Of a stretch of 59,134 bases of DNA, positions 12,932-26,159 are shown in pieces. The notes under the pieces are model-generated. The model did not search any database, was not told where the DNA came from, and saw only the letters and a program-made list of their open reading frames with translations. The stretch covers positions 12,610,794 through 12,669,927 of the forward strand of contig NC_068988.1 of NCBI RefSeq assembly GCF_001194135.2. The letters run 5' to 3'. Made by a program: the position numbers and the translations under genes. Origin of the DNA: Octopus bimaculoides. Lineage: Eukaryota. Positions within the stretch are counted from its first letter, which is position 1; every line of letters starts with the position of its first letter.

Positions 12932-14046
12932 CTAAATGACAAAAGTAAAGATACAATTAGAGAAGTACAAAAAGTTAGTCATACATCAGGTTTCAAAAGA
13001 CAGTCATCAATCTAACGTTATTTTCCCAGATCAACACTTTTTTATATCAGATAAATTTACAAAGCCTGTTGAGAAGCCAGATGCTTCTACTAAGAAGACA
13101 AACCTGCTCAATATTTAAGTCAAATCTCCCACCATAAACTTCTTACCACCTTTAAAGGGAAAAAAATGGGAATTATATGTTTCAAATGAGATATCTGAAA
13201 AACAGCATTACTCATGATAAAAAAATTTCAAGTTATTAAGTTAGTATTTAGAATATAAATTAACATGGAATTTTGGTAGAAGGTGTTAATTTAGATCATT
13301 TTAACAAGGGGAATTTGTCTCATAGAACTTGGTGGTCTTAGACAGGTTGGTTTTAAAAAGAAAGGTTAAAACAAGTTTTGTACCATAGAACCAGAGGTGT
13401 GCATCATATAAGATGGAATAAAAGAAGGTTAAGAAAACAAAATCTAATTTGCCATATTTCATCCACATGATCTACTGTTAATTAGTGAACAGTAGACAGT
13501 GTCTGACTACTTGCAACTAACTAATTAATTAGTGAGCCATTGGCAATTAGTGTCTACAAATTAACAAATGTGTATTTAATTATTATAATTAATTTTGACT
13601 TCCTTGTTCTGATTAAACATTTCATTATATACCATTATGTCTATATCGTTCATTTTCAGTTAATATAACAAGAGTTTAAAAGGAAAAATTGCAGTAGTCT
13701 TTGTTGTTGTTGTTATTAATAGAGCTGGCAGAATCTTTGGAGTGTCAAACAAAATACCTTGTGGTGTTTTTTCTGATGTTTTACATCGAGTTCAAATCCT
13801 ACCAAGGTAAAATTTGCTTTTCATCATTTCAAGATTGATAAAATAAATAAGTACTCAAGTATGTGTGTGAGAGAGAAACAGATAGACAGACAGAGAGCCT
13901 CAATATTGTTGCTCAATCAGCTAACAATAGCAACCAAACCAACCTCTAATCACATCCTACCATCTTAAAAAAGGAAGGGCACATTAGATAATGTAGTCGT
14001 AAATATACTAGGCTACAAAATGAAAATACCAAGTATGGAATATAAT

Positions 14047-14460
14047 CGAGTGGCTGTGTGGTAAGTAGCTTGCTTACAAACCACATGGTTCCGGGTTCCG
14101 TCCCACTGCATGGCACTTTAGGCAAGTGTCTTCTACTATAGCCTCGGCCTGACCAAAGCCTTGTGAGTGGATTTGGTAGACGGAAACTGAAAGAAGCCCG
14201 TCGTATATATGTATATATATGTATATTTATATATATGTGTATGTATGTATTTGTGTGTCTGTGTTTGTCCCCCAACATCGCTTGACAACCGATGCTGGTG
14301 TGTTTACATCCCCGTCACTTAGCGGTTCGGCAAAAAAGACCGATAGAATAAGTACTAGGCTTCCAAAGAATAAGTCCTGGGGTCGATTTGCTCAACTAAA
14401 GGCAGTGCTCCAACATGGCCACAGTCAAATGACTGAAACAAGTAAAAGAGTAAAAGAGTA
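14047..14460 (+). mobile_element. Full-length tRNA-derived SINE (family B), (TAAAAGAG)n tail
   Basis: Pol III-like head TGGCTGTGTGGTAAG...GGTTCCGGGTTCCGTCCC, central (TA/TG)n and a conserved 3' half. Other copies: 1-320(-), 1690-1953(-), 18652-19071(-), 33111-33413(+), 50400-50620(-). Confidence 0.85.
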
Positions 14461-15427
14461 ACAGGCAGAAAGACCAATATTTCGAAAGGTAGAAAATGTT
14501 ATAAGTTAGCAAATTATAAATACTAACTAGAATTATTGCCAGCAGATAACACTGTCTTTCATTCCTTTATGTGAGTCTACTACTTCATAGTCCAATAATT
14601 ACAATGTCCACCTCCTTTCACAGCAACTGAAATTGCACAGCATTGCTAATGACAGGTGAATGGAAAATTTATTTAAGTCTGTGATTTAAGTGTTGAATAC
14701 TTTAAAGATTTCCTTTCAAACATTGATCTTCACTTAGAGATAATCTCATTTACCTTTTCAAAAGCTACTTTTTGAGACTTTTAGAAAGTTGGTTTTGTTG
14801 TATGAGTAAATTTAATCAAACTATACAATTTCTTTTGATGGTCAGCAAACTTTACACCATTCTTTGTCTAAACTACGTAGTTTCTTTTACTTACAGCAAC
14901 ATTTCTTAATGGAACTGAACAGGTCAGTAGTACAGCATAGGTTCACATGAAGGGTGAAAACCCCCTTCGGTCATCAATGACCATGGGATCACATCTAGGA
15001 AGTTCTCCTCTGAGGCACAAATCAAGGCAAGGTTGTTTATGGAAGACCAGCAGTCACCCATGCATACCGGCCTCCCCTCTCCATGCCACCAGTGTTATCC
15101 AAGGGAAAGGTGAAGGGGCCAATACAGCTTGGCACCAATGACATCACAACTCATTTCTACAGCTGAGTGAACTGGAGCAACATGAAATAAAGCGTCTTGC
15201 TCAAGAACACAACACACAATCCAATCCGGGAATCGAACTCATTACCTCACCATTGTGAGCCCAACACTGTAGCCACTGAGCCATGTGCCTTCACTCAGGT
15301 TCACATACTTGTTACTCTATTTCAGTATTTCTGTAGGAACAATATTTTCAGATATATCCTGACTACTACTACTTTAGTTTTCTTTCTTTGTTTACCTGCC
15401 ATTAACCCCTTTTCTTACCATATTTCC

Positions 15428-15660
15428 AGGGCCCAGATCAAGGAGGTGTTTCAAGATCTTCCCAGGGTCATAGTGAAGAACACATGCACCAGGTTCCTCG
15501 AATGCCTTGAGGCTGTGGTGGAAGCTGAGGGTGACTACTCTGAGTAAATGTTATCTCCCAGCCATATTATAGTTGATAATTTTTGAAATACTTTCATTTT
15601 AATATGGGATATGTTTCTTTTTCCTTTTGTGCAAACTGTCAAATTTAGCCGAGGCACCGT
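15428..15660 (+). mobile_element. Tc1-like transposase C-terminal remnant with a probable 3' TIR
   Basis: RAQIKEVFQDLPRVIVKNTCTRFLECLEAVVEAEGDYSE* matches the usual Tc1/maT end (...RLEAVIEAEGGYFE*). Confidence 0.7.
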
Positions 15661-16849
15661 CTGTCTGTTTGAGTGTGTGTGTGTGTGAAATAATAATTAG
15701 ATAGCTGGGCTTTTTTAATTAACTTGTCATTTTCTGTATCATTGTTCTCATAGTGATGTGCCATAAATCTGGTGCTAATCTAACTCATCAAAATATTTGT
15801 ATTTGCATCACTGTTTGTCAGCAGCTGTGTTTCAATCCGAGATGTTATTGTAGGAGTCCAGCATACAAAGCACTGAGCCAACAGCACACACCTATCAATT
15901 AGAACTGCTTCTACTGTTATTGTAGACAAGTACAATAAGTATGGATTAAAGTAGATGCTTATAGCACCTATTTCCAGAAGCGACATTTAATTTAATTGAA
16001 TAATCCTAGATGCTGCAGGCATTTACTTTTACCTGCATTCCATGTAATAATCTGCAATGAATGTGTGATATTTCCCATCATCATCATCATCATCATCATC
16101 ATTATTTAACATCTGTTTTCCATGCTGGCATGGATTGGACGGCTTGACAAGAGCTGCCCGGGTTCCATGTCAGTTTTGGCATAGTTTCTATGGCCAGATG
16201 TCCTTCCTAAGGCCAACCGCTTTACAAAGTGTACTGGGAGTTTTTATGCAGCACCGGCACAGATACATTTACATGGCACCAGCATGTACTGGGGTCAATT
16301 TATTTGACTAAACCCTTCAAGGCAGTGCCCCAGCATGGCCACAATCCTACGACTGAAACAAATAAACGATTAAAAAGTAATTGGGAAGATTTGGGGAGGT
16401 AAAACAAGAAAGGGACAAAGTGGGTGAAAGGAGAGGTAATTTGGAATTAGTTTTAGTCAACTGGGTTTGTTTAATGCCCAGGTCAGCAAAGATCCAGTAG
16501 AGCCCTGATCAGACATGTCATTCAGAACATTCTCATCGCTCATTCAGAAAATATATCTGAGACTACATTAAGGTGACAAGCTGGCAAGATTGCTAGCATG
16601 CTACGCAAAATGCTTAGCAGCATTTCATCCACCGTTGTGTTCTGAGTTCAAATTCCGCCATGGTCAACTTTGCCTTTCATTCGTTTGGGGGCTGAGCAGT
16701 GGGGTCAATGTAATCGACTTACCCACTCTGCTGAAATTGTTAACCTTGTGCCCAAATTTGAAATTAATATATCTAAGACTATATTATTCAATGTGTCCTT
16801 CCTTATTTAAGATGTAACAGCCTATTTTAAAATAATATTTGGCTCCTAT

Positions 16850-17085
16850 TTCTTATTTCTTTATTGCCCACAAGGGGCTACACACAGAGAGAACAAACAA
16901 GGACAGGCAAACGGATTAAGTCAATTAGATCGACCCCAGTGTGTAACTGGTACTTAATTTATCGAACCTGAAAGGATGAAAGGCAAAGTTGACCTCGGCG
17001 GAATTTGAACTCAGAATGTAGCAGCAGATGAAATACCACTAAGCATTTCGCCCGGCGAGCTAACGTTTCTGCCAGCTCGCCGCCC
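16850..17085 (-). mobile_element. Family A SINE, inverted relative to the adjacent 16575-16770 copy
   Basis: Reverse complement of 46775-47000 with high similarity. Confidence 0.85.
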
Positions 17086-18651
17086 TATTGGCTCCTATTT
17101 CTAACAAGTCAAATGACCATACAGATAAAATAGTAGGGAATTTTTTTTAGTATCAGGAGGTAAATAGCAAATACAAAAGAGCCTGAGGTGGGGAAGGACA
17201 TGTGCTGATAAAATAATTGAATCTAAGTTCATTAGTATAAAGCATTAAATTACTGTTTGGTCATCATAATTCTTTACATGGCTACTAGAAACTTTATTTG
17301 AATGCCAGCGAAATTTTGTCCACAATCAAGTGCTTCCCCTCTCCTGATATTTAAGCTTCCTCATTGGTTCAATGTTATCAGTAGTCTCAGTAAGTGAGGT
17401 GACATTAACTAAACACTGCGGTAATTCAGATAACATTATCACCAATGATAATTTGGTCAGGGGTAAGATAGACCAGAAACAAAACCAACTTCCCTAGGGA
17501 TGAAACAGACTTCATGGACTTTGTTTTCTCACCACAATGGCTGTTAAAAAACCTATAGATGTTTTATAGGTGAATGCAAAATGGTTGCCCTAAATTTAGA
17601 AATAGATTTAGTTGTCTGACCTCACTGCTACATCACCAAAAAACTTTTCCAGTGAAACAGATTCTGTTTAAAACTTCTGCTCTTAATCACAACCAGCTGA
17701 TTTAGATTATGTAAAACTTAGCACTGAGATAAAATGCGAGTTGGTTTGGTAAATACTTTGTCATACCAAGCTTGTGTTTCAGGATTTTAAGTTAAAATCT
17801 TACAAAAACTAGGCTGGTTTTTGTACTCCAAGGTCCATAAAACAGATAGCAATAGTTGTTTTTTTTTTTTGCTGTTTTGTTTTTTTAATTTGGAAAAGTT
17901 AATGATGGAAGAGGAAAGCAGTCCTACTTCTGATTAATCATTTTGATATGAACCTGCCCTAGATTGCCCCTGATTCTGGGAGACAAACTTCCTGTTTAAT
18001 AAAGTGATCTAAATTAAAACCTTCCATCAAATACTTCATGTTAATTTATTTATGCTCCAAACGCCAACTTAATAAGGGACAAAGTTCATCGTCGTTTAAC
18101 GTCCGCTTTCCATGCTAGCATGGGTTGGACGATTTGACTGAGGACTGATGGACCAGGAGGCGACACCAGGCTCCAATCTGATTTGGCAGAGTTTCTTCAG
18201 CTGAATGCCCTTCCTAACGCCAACCATTCTGAGAATGTAGTGGGTGCTTTTACGTGCCACCGGCACGAGGGCCAGTCAGGTGGGTACTTGAAACGGCCAC
18301 GCTTGAAATGGTGTATTTTACGTGTCACCTGCACAGGAGCCAGTCCATCGGCACTGGCACTATTTTACTATATTCTTCATTATTTTCAAAATTGATTGAA
18401 ACAAAGGCAGTGTATTTCAACAGAAATATGGTAACAAACAGAGTTACAGCAAATTCACATTCAGCTTAAATCAGCAGGTTTACTGCATTTTGTGAGGACC
18501 TAAGGAAATGGCATTTGTGTATAGGTTTCCTTAGAAACAGACCTGTGGTACACAAATGGTATAGAACAGATATGTAAAAACATAATTAGAGGTTTTCACA
18601 AATTGTGTGCCAGTATGTGTGCGTGTGTATACACATACACATACATATTTA

Positions 18652-18851
18652 TTTTCTCTTTTACTTGTTTCAGTCATTTGACTGTGGCAACGCTAGAGCA
18701 CCGCCTTTAGTCGAGCAAATCGATCCCAGGACTTATTCTTTGGAAGCCTAGTACTTATTCTATTGGTCTCTTTTGCCAAACCCGCTAAGTTACGAGGACG
18801 TAAACACACCAGCATCGGTTGTCAGGCGATGGTCGGGGGACAAACACACAT

Positions 18852-18900
<49 letters not shown>

Positions 18901-19071
18901 TATATACGAAGGGGTTCTTTCAGTTTCTGTCTACCAAATCCACTCACAAGGCTTTGGTCGGCCCAAGGCTATAGTAGAAGACACTTGCCCAAGGTGCCAC
19001 GCAGTGGAACTGAACCCAGAACCATGTGGTTGGTAAGCAAGCTACTTACCACACAGCCACTCCGGTGCCTA
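18652..19071 (-). mobile_element. Full-length family B SINE
   Basis: Reverse complement of 14047-14460, with high similarity over the whole length. Confidence 0.85.
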
Positions 19072-19574
19072 TCCATATTTGTGAATATCGTTCAAATACA
19101 TGTCCTTGGCCACTCAGTTATTTGTTAGCTCGTTTTTGCTTAATTTATGCAAGTTATCTCAGCAGCCATGTGTTCTTCTCTTTGTATCAGTCAAAGTCCC
19201 CAGGTTACTGGAGATAAGATCAGACAATTGTCCTGCTGATGAAGGCTATTGAAGCAGAAATCCATTTCCATAACTGTCCTCTTACAATATTGTACATGAG
19301 TAGGCAGGAAAAAATATCAGAGTTTAGAGAAATGGTCTAAAAAATCCAAAACATATAGAGTTGTTTTCCACACTTATTAAAATAATTAAAACATTAATCA
19401 TTGACTAATACTGTATTTTCTTCAAATCATTAAATATGGTACAACCAACTCAATTATTGATTTTCATGCAGATTATGTCCCCAAGTGAGACATCTCTTTA
19501 GTTGTCCAATCTCTAAAGTTATGCTAATTTTCACACCTGCTTGTGTACAATATCATATATTTACATGGACTGGG

Positions 19575-19715
19575 GGTTGACAAGTAAGCTTCTCAACCAT
19601 GTGGTCTCAGGTTCAGTTTCACGTTGCAGCACCTTGGGCAAGTGTCTTCTTCTATTGCACCAAACTAGCCAAAGCCTTGTAAGTGGATTGAGATGACAGA
19701 GAGAGAGGGAGAGAG

Positions 19716-19754
<39 letters not shown>

Positions 19755-20045
19755 ACGTGTGCATGAGTGTGAAGTGTTCATGCATTTATGTGTGCATGTG
19801 TGAGTGTATTCTTATTTAGACATCACATGATGGTTGTAAGTGATCATCATCATCATTAAACAAGCAAGGTTGTTCATTTCCAGTATTCCATGAAGAACAT
19901 GTCAGGCCATGGAGAAATGTTGCCTTGCTTGAAAACAGGTGAAGGTTGGTAACAGGATGGGCATCCAGCTGTAGAAAGAAAGCCTACCTCGATAAATTTT
20001 TAGTGTAACCCATACAAGCATGGAAAAGTGGACATTAAATGTTGA
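19575..20045 (+). mobile_element. Composite SINE: family B head, (TG)n linker, body D and RTE-like 3' tail
   Basis: The same order recurs in reverse at ~8790-9260, 24640-24980, 33540-33945 and 52340-52720. Confidence 0.7.
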
Positions 20046-20344
20046 GGATTTTTTTTGATTCTCCCTTTCAGCACTTCAGCAAATACAGTGAAGTCGATGC
20101 CTTGATGAAGAGGTTTAATAAGACCGAAATGTGTCTTGTACTTTTGGAAATGACTAAATTTTAATCACTGATTAACACAGTCAGTGCATAATTTACTTTT
20201 TATTAGCTTTTTGATTTCCTTTCAATTAAATATAGCAACAATAACTTGATAATTAATTGTTTGTATTAAGAAAGCTGGATTTAGTAATATTATCATTACT
20301 ATTTTTCACTGTCAGACTATATTTAGTTGGGAAGAACTAATGCT

Positions 20345-20399
<55 letters not shown>

Positions 20400-20861
20400 N
20401 NNNNNNNNNNNNNNNNNNNNNNNNNNNNNNNNNNNNNNNNNNNNNNNNNNNNNNNNNNNNNNNNNNNNNNNNNNNNNNNNNNNNNNNNNNNNNNNNNNNN
20501 NNNNNNNNNNNNNNNNNNNNNNNNNNNNNNNNNNNNNNNNNNNNNNNNNNNNNNNNNNNNNNNNNNNNNNNNNNNNNNNNNNNNNNNNNNNNNNNNNNNN
20601 NNNNNNNNNNNNNNNNNNNNNNNNNNNNNNNNNNNNNNNNNNNNNNNNNNNNNNNNNNNNNNNNNNNNNNNNNNNNNNNNNNNNNNNNNNNNNNNNNNNN
20701 NNNNNNNNNNNNNNNNNNNNNNNNNNNNNNNNNNNNNNNNNNNNNNNNNNNNNNNNNNNNNNNNNNNNNNNNNNNNNNNNNNNNNNNNNNNNNNNNNNNN
20801 NNNNNNNNNNNNNNNNNNNNNNNNNNNNNNNNNNNNNNNNNNNNNNNNNNNNNNNNNNNNN
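20400..20861. other. Assembly gap (N)
   Basis: N run after (CT)n. Confidence 1.
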
Positions 20862-21059
20862 CCACCAAGTGGCCTTTTGAGTACTTTTAGTAGAGTTCAG
20901 CTGTTCGTTCTGGAGAAAAGTCAATAAACTGTTGTACTTTGCTTACTCCTACAGTAACTCATCAATCATTGTTTCTTCTTTATTCCCTGGCTCTCCAACC
21001 CTAACCAGTCTCAGACACTATAAAATGTCATGGGCACTACCTTTCCATTTCTGCTTAAG

Positions 21060-21109
<50 letters not shown>

Positions 21110-23046
21110 ATGCGTGTGTGCACATGAACATATACATATACATATATACATACACACATATATGTGCACATACATGTCTTGTCTTGGGCCCTCAACACCT
21201 GATGAGGTTATAGAAGTGCTGTTATAGCATATGTCATCTTGAGCATGTGTTTCAACCTGCCAAAGTTCATCCTTTTCCCGGTCTGACCAAAGCCAATTTA
21301 TTCCCAAAAGTGAAACAAACAGAAAAAAAAGGAGCAAGAAAGAACTGACCCCCCCCCACACACACACACAACACACACACTCGCACACACATACACCTTA
21401 AAAGACTGTTGCTCTATAGCGCCAAAAAGGAAGAAAAGGAAAGTCGACCTTAATAGTATTTGAACTCAGAGACCAAGGAGCTGAAGCAATTATCACAGAG
21501 CAATCTTTCTCACATTCTAACAACTCAACTAATTCACCTTATTTTCCTGTGTTTTGAGATGGTCATCGTGCTAATAATAATAACACAATCACAGGTTCAA
21601 TCCCTCTTCTTTATTGTTAGTCAGTTGGTTAAATATCTAACCATTGTTTGTTTAAAATGCTCCTTAAAAAAAACAAACAGTTGTTTGTTAGTCAAAGTTC
21701 TTTCATTGTTGCCCACAACCTTTTAAATGACTTAGTGACTCCCTCCACCCTCATTCCATGGTCTGCAAGATTTGTAGATCTTGGAGCGAGACGTGAAGTC
21801 ATTTTTGTTTTGGCTCTTTGCCTTCTGCTTCATATTACAACCCTCTTTGTAGTAGGAGGTGGGACCTGTGAGGCCCGTCTAACAGTGATAGGTCTCCAAT
21901 GGGTCAGACTTTAAACTACATCCAGTAGTAGAATGTTGGCATAGGAATTTGAAAGTTTTGAGGAATCTGAAACCACCTCTTCCCAGATCTACTCTTACCC
22001 GGAGTAGTAGCACCAACTAGGGTCCCAGCTATGGGTTTACTAACATGTGTACCATCCAGTTCAAACTTAGGCTGTATCTGCTCTAATAATCGGTGGTGAC
22101 GTGGTTAGCGAGTCCTCTGCAATGGTCAATAACCAATGGTAAGATGAGCTGCTATGGATCACACTATCCCAAAGTGTATATGCATGTGACCAGGGACCAT
22201 ATGTGAAAATTTGTATTCACAACGAGACTTCAAACGTGACCTCTACATCTCAACAACGAATAGCTACTAGAGCTATGGTGTCTGCACTTGCTTTCCCAGT
22301 GGGCGTTATCAAATTTGCAAGATGGATATCAACAGAACAAGCACCAGATTGTTTTAAAAAGTATTTGAAGTCAATCTGTTTGACTAAAGCCCTTCGAGGT
22401 GGTGCCCCAGCATGGCCAATGACTGAAACAAGAGATCCACAGTATATACTTCTGTGTGAATACTACTTCGTGTTTCAGTCTCAACAAAAAAAAAAAAAAT
22501 TGCCCAACCGATCCAATTACTGTATTGAAATTCTCATTGACTACACACGTGGTCACTAACAGATGTAAGGCGAGGAGAGTTTCGTAGTTTAAGTAGGTTG
22601 GTAATTGCAGATGAGGAAATTTGAGAAGTAAATATGACAGGCAAACAGGCAGACAGAAAGGCAGACAAACATGGAGGGAGAGATAAACAAACAGGCAGGC
22701 AGACAGACAAGCAGGCATCTATACAGACAGAAGCAGAAACAGACACAGAGAAACAGGCAAGCATCTATACATACATACAGGCATGCAGACAGGCAGATAG
22801 AAACAGAGAGGGGCAAGATAAAGGGACATAACCAAACCAGTATCAGGCGATGAAAAACACACACACATATACACATATATATGATGGTTTCTTTCAGCTT
22901 CCATCTTATCAAATCCACTCACAAGGCTTTGATTGGCCACGAGCTAAAGTAGCAGACAACTGCCCAAGGTGTTACACAGTGGGAATGAACTTGAGACCAT
23001 GTGGTTTGGAAGCAAAACTTCTTACCACACAGCCATGTATGAGTAT

Positions 23047-23083
<37 letters not shown>

Positions 23084-23425
23084 ACTATTTCCTGCCTTGA
23101 CACTGCATGACGGTTGTAAGCAAGTGTCTCCACCGTGCAAGTTATGCTTTTCATTTCTTATCTTCTGGTGTAACATGTCCAGCCATGGGGAAATATTACC
23201 TGACTCAAAAACTGGAAGAGCATCTGGCCACTGAAAACCCACCTCAGCAAATTCCATCTGACCTATACAAGCATGGAAAAGTAGATGTCAAGATGCTGAT
23301 CAATAAATCACTGCATCAATCAGAATATCTATCAGCTGTAGTTATACACTGCTGGTCACAATGCACTTCTTCACACTGTTGGAGCTTTTGAATGATGCCA
23401 CACTGCTAACTAGGCGGACAGGCCA

Positions 23426-23464
<39 letters not shown>

Positions 23465-23707
23465 TTATTAAGGCAGTGAGCTGGTTGAATTGTTAGCACG
23501 CCGGGTGAAATGATTAGTGGTATTTCGTCTGTCTTCATGTCCTGAGTTCAAATGCCGCCAGGGTCGACTTCACCTTTCATCCTTTCAGGGTTGATAAATT
23601 AAGTACCAGTTACACACTAGGGTTGATGTAATCGACTTAATCTCTTCCCCCAAATTTGAGGCTTTATGCTTTCAGTTAAAAAGGATTATTATTATTATTA
23701 TTATTAT

Positions 23708-23909
23708 NNNNNNNNNNNNNNNNNNNNNNNNNNNNNNNNNNNNNNNNNNNNNNNNNNNNNNNNNNNNNNNNNNNNNNNNNNNNNNNNNNNNNNNNNNNNN
23801 NNNNNNNNNNNNNNNNNNNNNNNNNNNNNNNNNNNNNNNNNNNNNNNNNNNNNNNNNNNNNNNNNNNNNNNNNNNNNNNNNNNNNNNNNNNNNNNNNNNN
23901 NNNNNNNNN
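23708..23909. other. Assembly gap (N)
   Basis: N run after (ATT)n. Confidence 1.
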
Positions 23910-25465
23910 GTGTTACTCAAGAAACAGGAAGAAAGAATGAGAGAAAGTTGGGGGCGAAAGAGTACAACAGGGGTCACCACCACCACCCACCCCAGCCGGA
24001 GCCTCGTGGAGCTTTAGGTGTTTTTACTCAATAAACACACACAACATCCGGTCTGGGAATCTAAACTGCGATCCTCCGACCACGAGTCCGCTGCCCTAAC
24101 CACTGGGCCATTGCACCTCCACGATAATAATACACACATACATGCATCCATACATAAATAAGTGTGTGTGTGGGGGGGGGTTTGGCAGTGCAAAGAACGA
24201 AAATAGAAATCAAATCACAAGTGTGTGTGTGTGTATACACACACACACACACACACACACAGGTTTTACAAATCTGTTTAAATATATTATGTGTGTGTGT
24301 GTGTCTCTCCCCATACCTTCCAGGATTTTTCTAAAGGTTTTAAAAGTATAAGAAGCAAAAGAGAATGTAGCAAAGGAATTCACAGACAAGTAGACAAGGA
24401 AACATGTCCATGTGAACTATTTGCAATGGGGAGGTATTAACAAGATTGAGAGGTTTGCAAGACAGAGATTACAGAACAATACAAAGTATTATCTGCATGT
24501 AGTATGTGAGGGTAGGTGCCAGGTTATTTAGGTTAAATTCTTCTCAAGAAGAAGGACTTGAACAGAGAGAGATTAACTATAAGTGAGTGGTAAGTTATTA
24601 GATAAACTCAGGGTTAGAGTTTGTATTAGGGACATCATCATCATTTTAACCTACACTTTTCCATACTTGTATGGGTAGGACAGAGTTTATTCAGGCAGAT
24701 TTTTAATGGTTGGATATCCTCCCTTCCTGTTGCCAACCCTCACCTGTTTCCAAATAAGGGAATACTTTGTTATGGTCAGGTATGTTCTCACAATATACTA
24801 GAAATGAATGACACAGCATGTATGACAATAACAATCATTTACAGCTATCACGCCATGACAAGACAAAAGGGTCGTACAAGCACACATACACGCACACACA
24901 CAATAAGCTTCTTTCAGTTTCTGTTTACCGAATTCACTCAAAAAGCTTTGACTACTATTTCTCACGGGTCAAGCAACTACACACAGGCTCTTCTGTGTGT
25001 GTGTGAGAGAGAGAGTTTGCTGAATGGGTTGGATAAATTTCTATATGACAGCCAACAATAGCTCTGCTACGTAGAAGAAATGCTATAACAATTGAAAAGA
25101 ACTACCACTGAAAGAGAAATAAAAATAGAGCAGAGTCAACACATTTTGTAGGGCATTATTTTGTGTGCTCAATGTAGCACAAAGTATGAAATTTAAACAA
25201 GATGTCTTATCGAGGATTAAAATAGATATATACAATGAGCTTGACCTTCAGAAAGATATAATGTCAATAAAGTGTTAGGATAAATTCTCTTGCTTTCTTG
25301 ATATCTAGCTGAAGCTTAAAGTTGAATACCCTGTTCATATCAAATTAATATTAACTCCAACAAAAGCAGAAGAGATTTGTTTGCCCTGTGTAAGCATCAG
25401 TCAGTTGAAAACACCTACCTTTAAGACACTTGTAAGAATATGAATTTGGAAACTGAAAAAGCGAG

Positions 25466-25686
25466 ACGAGGTGCTGGAAAGTTTCTGGCTTTAAGGGTGT
25501 CATGAAAGGCCTGGTTGGAGAGGCCTAACTTTCTGAGTTCTTTAAGAGGGCTTAGAAAAAACTGAAGGACCACTACAAAAGTGTGTGTGAATGCAAAAAG
25601 GGGAATATGTTGAATAAAATCATAATTAACTGATCATCCTGTATTTTCTTCTATCCAAAGCCAGGAACTTTTCAGCACCCCCTCGT
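25466..25686 (+). mobile_element. Mariner-derived MITE
   Basis: Imperfect TIRs ACGAGGTGCTGGAAAGTTTCTGGCTTT and AAAGCCAGGAACTTTTCAGCACCCCCTCGT. The interior retains a frameshifted transposase tail (GLEKLKDHY...GEYVE*). Confidence 0.75.
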
Positions 25687-25935
25687 TTGTTGGAAAGATA
25701 AGTTGGAACACTACCTAGGTATATATGTACCACCATCATCATCATCCTTATCATTTTAAGATCCACTTTTCTATGCTTGCAGGGGTTGGACAGATTTATT
25801 TTTCTAAGGCCAAATGCCCTTCTTGCTATCAATCCTAAACTGCTTCCAACCAAAGCAATAGTTCCTCACTATTAAGAATGATTTTGTAGATTGGAAGTAA
25901 ATGACATTGCTAATATGACAGTGACACTTATTTAA

Positions 25936-26159
25936 CCCTTTCGTTACCGTATTTGTTTTGACATGTTCTGTATTTCTTTCAATTAATTTTAGATATAACA
26001 AAGAATTTAGTAAAATAACTTAGTTATCATTAAGCTAGTATTAGAAACATAAATTGCAACTAAGGCTCGGTGGAAGATTTTAAAACTCCAAATTTATGAA
26101 AACAAGACAATTGTGCTACAAAGCTAGAGGCGGTTTCAGCCAGGTTGGTATCAAAAGGG
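25936..26159. mobile_element. piggyBac-type MITE, family 1
   Basis: TTAA|CCCTTTCGTTACC ... GGTATCAAAAGGG|TTAA: TTAA TSD and short TIRs. Confidence 0.75.

Noticed and set aside
12515-13015. 166-aa poly-Asn and 108-aa poly-Tyr ORFs
   Set aside because: Translations of the (AAT)n tract; no splice context or complexity.
20323-20927. Long ORFs across N gaps (also 23666-24034 and the + frames at 34668-36246)
   Set aside because: Open only because N is translated as X.
24040-24125. tRNA-like sequence (and other A/B-box heads)
   Set aside because: These are SINE heads attached to repeat bodies and lack a full cloverleaf; no true tRNA or rRNA gene was seen.
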